DNA of 64,000 bases from Paramecium tetraurelia (lineage: Eukaryota), in NCBI GenBank assembly GCA_000165425.1, contig CT868341.1, positions 124,001-188,000 of the forward strand, written 5' to 3'. Both the position numbers and the translations under genes were made by a program. Below the pieces are notes generated by a model. It saw nothing but the letters and a program-made list of their open reading frames with translations, made no database searches and was not told where the DNA came from. This document shows, piece by piece, positions 27,493-40,204 of the stretch. The stretch's first letter is position 1, and the number at the start of each line of letters is the position of its first letter.

Positions 27493-28066
27493 ATGGATTA
27501 AGATTAATCAATCAAATTGGAGGATATTCAATATACAAATTTCACAGATTACAGTTAAATACCTAAAATAATTCCTATGATTGATGCTGAATTATCAGAG
27601 CCATATTCCATTTACACTTACAGATATTTCCTTTATGGATGGCCTGATTTGTCCATTTTTGCCTATTATAACAATGAAATAATTGGGGTGATTACTTTTA
27701 TCGAATTTCTAGGTTGTAATAGGAAAACTCGATAAGCATAATAAATCAGGCAGAAATCGGGGTTACATAGCTATGATTGTGGTAGAGAAGAAATATAGGC
27801 GTCTAAAAATAGGGAGAATTTTAGCATAAAAATTTATTGACAGAATAAAAGAAAAAGGTTTGAATATTTATAATAAATATAAATAAGGTGGTGATGAAAT
27901 TGTATTAGAAACGGAATAGACAAATCACGCTGCATTGAGATTGTATGAATCCTTGGGTTTTGCTAAGATGAAAAGAATGTAAAACTATTACATGTCTGGT
28001 AATGATGCATTTCGTTTGAAATTATTCCTTGTAGACCCTGCAGATCCTCATTAGAAAAATGAATGA
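27493..28066 (+). CDS. NAA30: N-alpha-acetyltransferase 30 (NatC catalytic subunit, Mak3)
   Basis: ELSEPYSIYTYRYFL..WP, RGYIAMIVV..KYR...IG, DEIVLETE..N..ALRLYESLGF, YY.SG.DAFRLKL; two introns. Confidence 0.92.
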
Positions 28067-28811
28067 AAAATAATATATTTGTTAAAGTTTAATTAAACTA
28101 ACATATACTCATATAAATTCTCAATATGAATTACAAGATGAGTGAAGTAAAATCAATATTCATAAACTGAATTATCAATAGTAATTTTAGTTATTTTAAC
28201 TATTATTGAATCAAGATCAGTAATTTCTATTTCATAAATGACCTTAATAGTTAAGATGCTACCTTAGATGCTTGAAAAGCATCAATCATATTTTTCATTA
28301 ATAAAGTAATAAAGCTTCAATTACAAAGGAATAAATGCCAAAATAAATATTTTAGGCAAACTTACTTTTTAAACAACTACCTAATTCATAATTCACCCAT
28401 TCGAATTCTATTCAATATATATAATGAAGTAAAGTGTATTTTATTTTTTAGTTTAATTTAAAAATATAAAATGGTTCAAAAATAACTACAAATGTAGTAC
28501 CTACTTCATGAAATCAGGTGTAATAATTTTTATATTTGAATAAAAAATAAGCAAGTATTTTTATGACTTGGCTATTCATAATCCAATATATGTAGTCAAA
28601 ATCAAATAATGACCAGTAAACACATAGAATCAAAATTTTAATTTTAGAAATCCTAAAAGTCTAAATTTTTTGTACCCTCACATACACATTCTCATTGGAA
28701 ATCATCCAAAATGATAGGCGCTAATATCTCTCTATTGCAATTTTTTTTGAATTTATATAAAATAATAATACGATATTAAATTTCTTCATTAAGTAGCAAC
28801 TGTTTCCTATT

Positions 28812-30160
28812 TCATTTTTAGAGTGATTCTTTTCTACTTGTTAAGCTTTCTTTTTCTTTGAATCATCTCTTTAGTAAAGTCGACTTTTTATTGACTTTTA
28901 AAATATGGATGATCAAGACATTCACGAGCACTGGGTCTGTTGTTAGCATGTTTTGAAAGCATTTAGGTTAGTAAATCATATGCGAGAGGATTATGGGCCT
29001 TAGTTTTTTCTAGATAGGTCTCATTATATTCTCCATTAATATTAAGTTTAATTAGCTCAGAAACATTCTCGAAGTTTCCAAATGGATTTTTGAATGTTAA
29101 ACTAAAGCTTAGGTGATAATTTACATATTGTAGAACACAATTCCGGCACTGTAAATATCTACTTTTTCATCATAACTACATGATTAACTAAAAACTTCTG
29201 GGGCTGTGTATCCAGGAGTTCCACATCTAAAATGATTAAAATCGTAAATACCTCGGATTTATGTATTAAATATCAGATATTTTACAAGCAAAACCGAAAT
29301 CAGATACTTTCAAAGTGTCCATATGTTAAGAATCTTTGAATAAGATGTTCTATAACTTAATATCTCGATGAACTATTTCTAAATCATGGAGATGCTTTAA
29401 GGCTGAATTCAAATAATTATTAAATTTTACCAGAAAGAAGATTAAACATGAGAAGAGGTATATCAATTTAAATATTTCTCTAACTGAGAAGTTTTAATAG
29501 GTCTCCTCCTTTACAATACTCCAAAATAACAGAGATGGAGTTATAATCTGTAACTATTTCTTCTAACAAAATTATATTTTTATGAGAGTTATTTTTTAAC
29601 AGTCGTAAAATATCTGCCTCTTATTTCAATTATCCCTGTCATTATATATATAAAATACCAATCTGCTCTTTGCCAATTGATCCTTTGAGGTAAAAGTAGC
29701 CTTCTTTTCCACAGAAATTTTGTAAGGAGTTTAAATAAGTTCTAATTTAAATATCTTTTCTTACTTACTCCAGGGGCCAATTTTTCTAAGACAACAGATT
29801 GAGAAGTGGATTAGAAAATTTATCTTCCTATTAATCTAAGTGATAATTGTTCAATATCCATTAAACTAAGGAGGAAAGTGACCTTAATTTAAGTTTCTGG
29901 ATTATGAAGATCTAGAGTACCAATCTATCGGACTATAATTTAAAATTTGATTGTACTTTCATCAATCTCTCTAGCAAAGCGGAGAATTGTATCCATTGAG
30001 TTTGAGGGCAAATAAACCAATTATTCATTTCCATTCTTCAGCTAGAGTATATAAATAAGAGTACAGTTATTAAGAGAGACCCAGATCGAGTTGTTAGATC
30101 TACTTCTATGCATTAACCATCATTGGCTAAATAAAGGGCTGAACACTAAAATAGGGACAT
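28812..30160 (-). CDS. Ser/Thr protein kinase, CAMK-like, with divergent N-lobe
   Basis: LEYCKGGDL, IVHRDIKLQNILF, SDFGFA, CGTPGYTAPE, KVDIYSAG, RPSARECLDHPYF; six short introns. Confidence 0.88.
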
Positions 30161-31047
30161 TCAGATTTTTGACGAGTAAATTATTAGAATAACCTTTTAC
30201 AATATAAATATTCCAATGTGTTCTTAAAGGGGGGTCCAAGTAGATTATAAACCCCGTAAGAATTTAAATATATATATTTATATTTTAATGGGTTCTTTTT
30301 TGGAAGCTTTTTATAAATTTAATTATATTCCAAGATTTTAATTACTTCTTAATAAAAATCTTATTTAACTCTATATTGCTAATTACTCTGCTATTCCAAG
30401 ATTAAAATAATAATTAAGAAATTAAAAATAACATCTTTAAAATTAAGGACAATTTAATATCAAAGGTTATAAGAGAACTTAGCATTATTCCTGGAACAAT
30501 TATTTTGCAATATATGAATTAATGTTTCCTGAAAAAATTATTCTGATTGTAAATCTATTTCATTAAATTCTATAGAATTAATTCTATTTCATAAACATAA
30601 TTTCACTTCTAAATATTTCATAAAAATATATTGTTACATTCTAATAAGGAATAATTACAATCTTAGGACAAAGTTTTTATATATTTCTCTTTTGTGTTTA
30701 AGGAATCAATCCTCCTTATAATATTAAGAAGTGCAATTAGTAAATTCCAGAGACCTTAATCGATCTTCTCATTGACATTACTTATTTTAACATACAATTT
30801 CATTGACTTCAGCTGAGCTCTCCAAATATAATCTCATACTAGTTTAAAGCCACTTGCTGTTAGTCCACCATATGATCATTTTTTACTACTTTTTTTCAAT
30901 ATAGATATATGTCCCAAATAAATTTACATAAGGTTGATCATCATAGAAATTCACATGTGTAATTTCCATTCCTGATATGAATCTGAAATGCACTTGCTTA
31001 ATTATTGCTTATGTTATGAAAAATAATCAAAATAAAATAATAATTTA

Positions 31048-31660
31048 ATGTATAATTTTCATTTTGTCGTCAATCCAAAAGAGAAGCTGAATTTTTCAAA
31101 TCAGAAAGCTTAAATTCAAATCCAAAACATTACCAGATATCATTTGGCATTTAAAGTATTCTTATTTATAATGATAGTTACTTAGATCAGAACAACTAAC
31201 AATGTAGATTTTAAAGTGATTGGAAATAAAGGCATCCTCAATCCAATGACTACAAATATAATCCAAATCATAAGCAATAAAGAAGTTGTGTATAATAATA
31301 TTCTAGAATATCGCAAAGGCAAAATTTTAGATTTAGACAGTGATTATCAATCCTAACGATAACATTGACACTGCCTTTTAGAGAGCCAATTCAGAACAGA
31401 TCTAAACGGAGACATTGAAAACAAAGCCCACCTTTGGAGAAGACACACATTCATTAATATCGGATACTTCCTTTTTCAAATCAACAGCGGCTCCCAAACA
31501 AATTGTTCCTCTTCCTCCTATTGATCAGATTTAGATTTCTCCAAGTGAAAAGAAGGATGAATACTAGCCAACTGTTTTCCATTTGTTGTTTGTTGGAGCA
31601 GCTTGCCTATTAATTGGCTACTTTACGCATATGTTCAAGAGTGGTGGTAGCAATTGTTGA
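31048..31660 (+). CDS. VAP-like MSP-domain tail-anchored protein
   Basis: IQNITRYHLAFK/IRTTNN...GILNP (MSP FKVKTT-like); C-terminal TM VFHLLFVGAACLLIGYF. Confidence 0.78.
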
Positions 31661-31743
31661 TAAATATGTTTTTTAAACTATATCCATAATAATAGTGAAA
31701 TATTTAATGTTGATATTCTGCAATCATTATATTTAGTAATTAA

Positions 31744-33153
31744 ATGCAATAACGAAATGATTAATTAATAGGCTTATAAGTTTAACAAAATTTGAAACTC
31801 AATCCCACAATTGCGTCTATCAGCATACCAGATGATAAGCCTCTAAGTCCGATTAGCCTTGTGAAACCCCAGCAGAACATCCACATCTACAATAAAGATT
31901 ATGAGTAAGGATATAATTTCTAAAAGTGACTAGAGATAAGATTGAAATGCTGAAGAGAATGGCAAATTATTAGGAATAAGATTATCCAAATGGAACATTT
32001 TATGGTCAAATGCTCAACGGCAAAAAGCATGGATAGGGTTAGATAAAATATTTACTTACTAAGGTTTAATGTTGTTGCCGGGTAGAGTTTGCGAAGGGTT
32101 TTGGTAGAATGACAGGAAACATGGATATTGCAAGGAGATCTTTGACACAGGGGAGACATTTGAGGGAGAATATTAGAATGGAAAACCATAAGGAAAAGGA
32201 GTTTATATTCGCAACAACGAAAGTTATGATGGACAATGGGTGAATGGATTCAAGCATGGACATGGAGTTTGGAGAATGGGAAATGATTTTTATGAAGGAG
32301 AGTGGAAATTTGGAAAAATTGATGGATATGGTGTTTACATTTAGAATAATAATAAATATACTGGAAGTTTTAGGAACAATTTGAAGCATGGACATGGGAT
32401 AGAGAACTTTGCTAATGGGGATCTCTATAATGGACAATTTTGCAATGGAAAACCGGAAGGCTAAGGTACCTATATATGGAATAATGGAGCTGAGTTTAGA
32501 GGTTGAATATATAGGGTAATTTGATAGGATTCTTTAAGAATGGAGTTAGACATGGGAAGGGCGTTTGGAATAAGTGGGATCCGTTGAAGGAGGGTCATTT
32601 TCGTTATGAGGGAATGTTTGAGAATGATAAAAAGCATGGACAAGGAGTATTTACATGGCCATCAGGAAATTATTATGTTGGATCTTTTGTGAATGATTAC
32701 AGACATGGATATGGAGAGATGTTTTGGAAGGATCAATATTATAAGGGATATTGGGAGAGGGGCATGTAACATGGAGATGGAGAACTGTGTAAGAATGGAA
32801 TAATTAAGAAGGGTAGATTCGAAAATAATGTATTAACAAATCAAAGAAGTAACAGTATGTGGGAATCAGGCGAGAGTAATTTTAAGTTGTCAAATAATTT
32901 AAATCAAACCTTCTCGCATTGTTCGTCTTAACGTAGTAAGTACATGCCTGCAATTGGACGCAAACCTAAATTAATAATGAGGAAGGGGGATAAAACTGTT
33001 ATTTTAGATAGTCTCAGCATCAATGATATTCCCATAGAGAATGATCCTGATTTCTTGACTATTTGTCCAGAGCCAGCCAAACAGAAAAAGTTCAAGCCTA
33101 AAATGAATTGTAGTTAGCTCTTGAAATAACACTTTAGTACTTTGAGAAAATGA
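31744..33153 (+). CDS. MORN-repeat protein
   Basis: About 12 repeats of YEGxWxNGxxHGxG (e.g. YEGMFENDKKHGQG, YVGSFVNDYRHGYG). Confidence 0.9.
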
Positions 33154-33202
33154 TTTTTTTGAATGCAATTTTTGATAATAAATCATCATTATTCTTAATC
33201 TC

Positions 33203-33764
33203 TCATCCAGAATTGTTACTTTTGTTTGTGATTAGTAGAAGCAGAGAAACCAAATATATGCCCAAAACCAAATAGGTCACTATTAAATACACTAAAACAA
33301 AGGTTCTCAATCCCTAGCAATCCTCAAATTGGAAATAAGCATACTATATAAATCAATTCCAAATTACACTCAGTCCTATTAAAACAATTATGCTCAAAAC
33401 GAATTCTACTTTTTCTGCAATCTCAAAAAGTTTATTCTTCCATCTCCCTAAGGCTCTATAATACACTGGTAATTCTATCGCTCTATCTAGAAATTTCAAT
33501 TTACAATTTGTAGATGGCTACTGTAAATAAAAATATCTCTGCTACGAGTGACCAAAAGTTCATCACTTTGCATTCCTCTTCATCTCTTGATTAAAATGCA
33601 ATTGTCTTACAATAACGATGTCTAAAAAAACAAAACAGCATTCCCCAAATACAATTGTAAACTATGGCAAAACAAATAGAAAATAATTAATTGTTTGCAT
33701 CTTCAGATTGTTATGGAGATTTTCTCTCCAACTGAATATCCTATTCCTAATATTCTGTATTCAT
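33203..33764 (-). CDS. Small four-TM membrane protein of unknown function
   Basis: Hydrophobic segments ICFAIVYNCIWGMLF, FWSLVAEIFLFTVAIY, FVLSIIVLIGLS, LVLVYLIVTYLVLGIYLVSLLLLI; three introns. Confidence 0.6.
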
Positions 33765-34070
33765 TTTATTATTATTTATATGATATAAAAATTTATTCAA
33801 AATAAGCAATTATAATTTATGGATTCTTAATTTTTAATAATGTTAGAATTGCCAGTATTTTGATGATTTCTATTATGGGTTCACTTATAGCCTCTAAAAC
33901 TATTATATAGTAACAATTGATACATTAAATAAAAGAGTTAGTTAAGTGGCAATTTTAAAATTAGCTTTAAATATTGATTAATTGATAAAGAACAATTAAT
34001 TAGGGGACAGGTTTATATTATCTTAAGTAAATCTACTATTAAATTAATTATTTTTAACAGCATTAATAAA

Positions 34071-34610
34071 ATGTTTGGATCAAATTTATAGAAAGACTAT
34101 ATAAATAATTAATAGCATAACAACACTTCGGGATGCTAAATAAATATCTCCTAACTAAGTCATTCATATGTGAGATTCCCATTACAAAGTTCAATGATGA
34201 GTGTTGAAGAATAGAGTCCACAATTTGTTTAATTTGCTCAAAGCTAGATCTACATTCAAGAGAACTAGGTCTTTTAAGAGGAGGAGAATCATAGACACCA
34301 GAATAAAATGCCTTAATAACCATAGAGATAGTTAGAATAATAAGCAGGACACAAAAGAATGACCTCATGGCAATAATAAAAATCCCCTCAATAATAGTCC
34401 CAAATCAAATCTCTATGTTCATCACCTTTGAGATAGCAATATCGATAAGAGGAACCTCAAATGTACCATCATTAACCATATCAACCTTGTCCTTGTGAGT
34501 TAGAATAATTATGGTAGGAATTCTTACAAATGAGAATGATGCAAAGACAATTTAATAGACCTCCTCAGTAATTTTGCCATCACTAAAGATGCCATTTTAT
34601 GCCTTATTGA
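34071..34610 (+). CDS. Q/P-rich hypothetical protein (179 aa)
   Basis: Intronless 180-codon table-6 ORF MFGSNLQKD...PCPCELEQLWQEFLQMRMMQ...CHFMPY*. Confidence 0.7.
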
Positions 34611-34653
34611 TTGCATAATTACTTTGATAGATATATATATTTCTTATTATATT

Positions 34654-36115
34654 TCACTCAATAATTTAGGATTATTGGTCGTTGTATTCATTAATCCATT
34701 GTTAAAATATGGCTAGGATTTCTTTTCTAGCTTGAGTTAACTCAGGAGGATCATCAGCTTTAGTAGCCTTAAGATCAATGCAATGTGAGCAATCCTTGCA
34801 TTTAATGTACTTGACATCATACTCCTTTCCTTATTTCCATTTAGTGATTGAAGCATGTTACCAAGGGTCATCTGATCCATTTGAAAAGATAAGATGATCC
34901 ACATTGATATCAAGTCCACCAAAATAAGCATTAGTTCTCTCTTCGTCAGGGAATATGGAGATTCCATAAGAGTATTCACATAGGTTTCTAAAGAAATCAA
35001 GTTTCAATTGTTATGATCTTGTTGATTGTTCAACATTAGGCTTTAAATCTAAAATGATTGAATACATTAGCAGTTTAGAAGTATCCAACTTCAATGCAGG
35101 TCTAATATGTCCATTGTCTTGAATTCTTTGAGAAATCAATGGAGATGTCCTTTAAAAATTCAGATCCGTAGCTTTCTTGATCAACTGTTTCTAAAGCCAT
35201 CTCTTTAACTTATTTAAACCAATCGTCTAAAGTAGCTCCACCTTCTAATCTCTCACACATCTTTGATCTTTTTCTGCCTTAAACCATACCAGCATAGATA
35301 TCGGCAATCATAGACAAGAACTCAATATCTGTTAATTCTGAAGCTTTGAACTCTGCCTTAATAGTATTGGGACTTTTTATCAAATCGGCTTCAATCTTTT
35401 CATTAACCTATTGGATTCTATCTACACATCTAATTAAATATAAAGTTATAGTACTCTTAAGAACTCTCCAAGGCAGAAAGATAAACTTGCATATCGTAGT
35501 CATGATAACAAGCAACTGCTTTGACAACTGCTGAAGAAGCCAACCCTCCAATTGTCAAATGGGGGTATTTGTATCTAAACCAAGCGCTTAGTGCTCCTGG
35601 GTATGAACCTCCAAGATGAATCCATGGGGTGTTTGGCTTTATATTAAAGAGACCTTTAGCTTTCACGTCCTAGATAAAGTATGCAATGTCATCCAAAGCT
35701 TAATGAATATTGAGATATTTTAAGTTTGGAGTACTCCAATCTCCAAATGGCTGAGACTAGCCGAAATATCTGTGTTCCAAAACTAATACTAGGGCTTTCA
35801 ATTATTGTGCTGCATCAAATGTTAATCCACTTCCAATACCGTCACCTATAATATTTCTACTACAGTCTTACATGTCCATTCACCACAAATGTACAATATA
35901 ACTGATTCAGGCTAGTTTCTCACTACATAATCATCATAAACATGATATCTTTGTCTAAACACTTCTTTCGATGTTGGATCATTGTGATCTAATTTCTGTG
36001 TAAACCACAATGTATTATTGGCCTGGATAATCTCTTCTCTTCCGAATACGCTATTCTTATAAGTAAGCCTTGCCAATGATGACATCACTAGAACTAAAAG
36101 GATGACGATTTTCAT
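34654..36115 (-). CDS. Serine peptidase family S28 (PRCP/thymus-specific serine protease-like), secreted or lysosomal
   Basis: Signal peptide, [28 protein letters not shown] nucleophile, W.YQ.C, EDPW, AHC.D. Confidence 0.93.
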
Positions 36116-36446
36116 TTATTATTTTAATTTATAATTTAATGTAGAAATATTATATAGACAATTTAAGATATTAACGATGAGTTAATTACTTATGACATTG
36201 TACCTTACATTATGTAAGAACTTTATGTATCTTAATTTATACTAAGGTACACACTTGCAATTCAAATGAATAATTATAATTTTTTATAAACTAGTTTATA
36301 GACTTAGTTATACTTTAAATCAATTTTGATTAATGGGTCATTCTATATAGTAATGAAATTTGATGTCGAATTGTATTCAGTTATTTTAATAATTCTGTTT
36401 TTTCGTTTAGATTATTATAATAGTTTACATAAATTTTATTACTATT

Positions 36447-37507
36447 ATGAACTCGAATTAAACGAATAATCAGAAGAAGCCCAAACCTAAATTGTAGTTA
36501 AATGTGAATGTGGTTGATGTTCAACCTGAAAGCACTCATTCTTCGAATGGATGGAAATAACAAACTGATATCTTTTTCAATGAACCCATGTATATTTATA
36601 TTTGTTAAAGTAAGTGATTAGTTCGTATAATTTTAACATAATGGTAAAACAGTCGCAGATGTAGCTCAGTTGAAATGTGGGAGGAGATACTAAGAAGATA
36701 GAGTACTTTCATGTTGTAATATAAGTTTGTTGGAATTCCTAATCTAAATATAAATTAGGAGATGTAATTCTTTTACGCCATATATGACGGACATGCGGGA
36801 CATTCAGTTTCAGCGATCCTTGAAAACAAGCTTCATGAATATTTGCAGAAGGATTGCAATTTTGAGGATAATCTCGAGAAGGCCATCATAAATAGCTTTG
36901 AGAGAATGAATCAATACATTCTGGATTGTCAGGAGGAGAATCATCATTTGGGTGGATCGACAGCTCTTTGTGTGATCAACAAACACAAGGACCTCTATGT
37001 GGTGAATCTCGGAGATTCAGCATGCGTTTTGATCACTGAAGAACTCTAGATAGAGAAGTTGAATTCGGAACACAAGTTGAATAGGGAAGATGAATTCAAG
37101 CGAGTGGAACAAATAGCTACAATTTTGGACAGACAGTGATATTTATTGAATAACGTAGTTCTATTCCGCGAATAAACGGGGAACTGGCAGTGACGAGGGC
37201 TTTTGGAGATAAGAAACATCGATAGTCAGGTCTTATTGCAATTCCTGAGATTAAAGTGCACAAAATCCAGGCTAATGACAAATACTTGATTTTGGCTTCG
37301 GATGGATTTTGGGATGTATGACAGAACTCTATATCATTTTAGCTCATAAAGAACGAGGAACTGCAGAAGTTGATTGAAAATTGGAATAGGAAAGAGATTG
37401 ATTAATTGGCCTAATATCTTCTTGACAAGGCATCGTCGAAAAATACAAATTATAAAAAGGATAACATGACTCTAATTGTAATAGATATTCAATCTTATTG
37501 GAAATGA
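36447..37507 (+). CDS. Protein phosphatase 2C (PPM family)
   Basis: RRYQED, YDGHAG, GGSTA, VNLGDS, GELAVTRAFGD, LILASDGFWD, KDNMT. Confidence 0.93.
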
Positions 37508-37691
37508 TTATATTGATTAAATCTAATTTAATTTTATTAAATATAATGGCAATATTATATTTGTACTTATTCAGAAGGATACACAGAAAGGGGATGATAA
37601 ATTTTGTGATTGTTCTCATAATTATTATTAAATTCACTGGTTAAATTTTTCCGTATATTTCTAATGCATTATTTTTTTATAAAATTTGATC

Positions 37692-38106
37692 ATGAATCAA
37701 GATTAATTCGATAATGAAGGAGATCCACAACAATAATTCTTGGATGTACGTTATTAATATTAGATTAAAATAGGCATTTAAGGAGCTCTTGGAAGTTCAA
37801 AATTAGAGGATGTATAATGGGAATGACATGCTCAATCAATATTGTCCTCAATTACAATACCCAGTTATATTGCCAACGCAAATTCCAAACACTTTCATCG
37901 TATATATATGCATTCAATAAGATTAGATCAATATGGGTCCGTACTTGCCTCACATTTAGTAACCCCAAATTCATCCACAGCAAACTCAATAAGCAAGGAT
38001 GGCACCCCAAATCCAACAGAATTAATTCCTTAATCATTAGAGCATCAAAGAAGAAGAGCATGAAGAGAAGAAATAACCTAAGAATTGGCTCTAATAAAGG
38101 AAATGA
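37692..38106 (+). CDS. Small Q/P-rich hypothetical protein
   Basis: MNQDQFDNEGDPQQQFLD/AFKELLEVQ...; two GT-AG introns restore the frame; ends KNWLQQRK*. Confidence 0.6.
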
Positions 38107-38140
38107 TCGAACTATTATAAAATATTATTTTTTATATTAA

Positions 38141-39697
38141 ATGGGCTAAACTTAAACTCAATAATAAGAAGATATACCCAATGAGTATGTGCATTATTTG
38201 TCAAAGAGTAAGTTTAATAATCCTATGCATTTAGCTGCCACTACTGCAGCTCATCACATATATGGCAATCAAGAAGAAGTTCAATTCTTGGCTCGATGTC
38301 CCAAATGTAAAAGCCACTAGTTCGACGATCAGTTGGGGAGGGTTACCAATTGTTTTTAATGCAAACTGATCTTTTCTGTCAATGATGGTCAGATCCAAAT
38401 AAGGCAGGATTCCACATTGCTCGAAGACAGGAGAACCTTTCAGATAACTGAAGTACAACTCCCTCAACTTGAAAGTGTCACGCTCTATGTGAATAGGTTG
38501 TCTAATTTATCTACTCTAGAACGATACTTGATCCAGCACTAATTAAAGATAACGTGATAGACTTTTAAAGATTGATCAAAAACGTACTTTTACCTTTCTT
38601 TTCAGTACGTCAAAGAGTATTGGAATCAGGAATCAAATTCTCAATCGGATCTTTCGAATTTCGAGTAGTCGGTGGGTTCCCAAGTAAAGGAATAATCACT
38701 AAACTAACATAAATCTACTGTTATGGGTATTACATCCAAGACACCACAAGGAGAGTCAAGATTTTATCAAGGAAGCCTTCGTCCCAATTGGATTCTGAGA
38801 TCAAGTCTTACTTCAGTGTTAATCCAAAGGACAATCAAATTATTTAGGATTCAACCATCAAAGTTAACTAATAAAAATACCTGGTTTTGCAATGTGACAA
38901 TGCCTCGGGGAAAATCGATAGAAACTCTGTAAATATTGATATTATTCTTTCTAAGATCATTGAGAGTATCCCAAATGTGCAGAATCTGAGAGATGTTAAA
39001 TTATGCTGTTTAAAATGTCCAGTATAGTATTAAAATTCTCGAAGAGATCGTGTCAAGGAAGCAGTTAGAAGGGTTATCGTTCAATCTTACTTCTGTGGCT
39101 TTAGTCGATTCATAGAGAAGGGCCAGATCCTGAGAATTTCAGATTTCGAATTTTAAGTACAATTTTTATAAGACCATGGACTGGTTGTTCCTAATTACAC
39201 TCAAATTGATATTGATTTTAACTAATCCATGCAGCATCAATAAAATAGATAGTTTGAATAGTTATTACCATCCAGTTTTGTTTCCAATAGGAGAAACGAT
39301 ATTCATAGACAACATACTCAATAAATTGAAGCACTCCATCGATTGTTAAATACATTCATTCTCTTGAATGAGAATTAACAATTACTACTTTAACTCAGAA
39401 ACACTAGAGCATCTGAAGAACTGATCAATCTATTGCCAGTACGTTAAATTACTATGGAATTCATAAATTAACATTAAAATGATGACAATCTAATTAAATG
39501 TATGATTTGTTTAGAAGATTACTAAGAGAATCAATTTGTTCGTACTATGCCATGCTGTAAAATAATACATTCATTATTCTCTAGGGCATTTCTTCCACCA
39601 AGAATGCATTGACAAATGGTTACACAAAAGTACACTCTGTCCCATTTGCAAGACTGAAGTGGATACAGATTCATAGATGGATGAAATTTCGATATGA
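38141..39697 (+). CDS. RING-H2 E3 ligase with an N-terminal zinc ribbon and three p97/Cdc48 Nc-subdomain-like repeats
   Basis: CPKC...CFQC; repeats LPFF..RQRVLESG..F.IG.FEFRVV...P.KGII; C-terminal CMICLEDY...PC/WHFFHQECIDKWL...CPICK. Confidence 0.82.
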
Positions 39698-40204
39698 GGA
39701 AATATAAATAAATTATTTAAACTATTGACATCCTATCTCAAGTATATCTTTAATGCTTATTATTGAAATTATAATTTATTCTATAATTCAATCATTCTGT
39801 GATGAATGTAAAAATCATTATTATATCTAAATTTTGATTTAATATATTAATAAGTTGTTAAATTGATATTAATACTAGCTCATAATAATCCAGGAATTTA
39901 TAAATCATTATTTCATCTCTTATGAAAATTGTAAAGTTGTTATACACAATCTAAGATTGAAAAATGAAGAGGAATCTTCACTTGTCCCAATAATATTTCT
40001 TTATGAACAAATAGAATATAAAGGGGAAGGATGACTTTAATTCAATTCTGATTTACATAGTCATTATGTAGAAAGCCGTTTCCTATATGTTTTAAATGCA
40101 GAAGGAATAAATTTAGATCATAGTTAAATAGAGTCTAAGAGATATTAGATGATCTCAGTATATTTAAATAGATTGTATATTATTTAAATATTAAATTAAT
40201 AATA

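Noticed and set aside
30229..30256. GGGGGG...CCCC possible hairpin or ncRNA upstream of the kinase
   Set aside because: Only a 4-5 bp stem; no tRNA or snoRNA features.
32066..32437. 123-aa minus-strand ORF in the supplied track
   Set aside because: Antisense to the MORN-repeat gene.
34063..34368. 101-aa minus-strand ORF in the supplied track
   Set aside because: Antisense shadow of the Q-rich plus-strand gene 34071-34610; TAA/TAG Gln codons read as Leu on the opposite strand.
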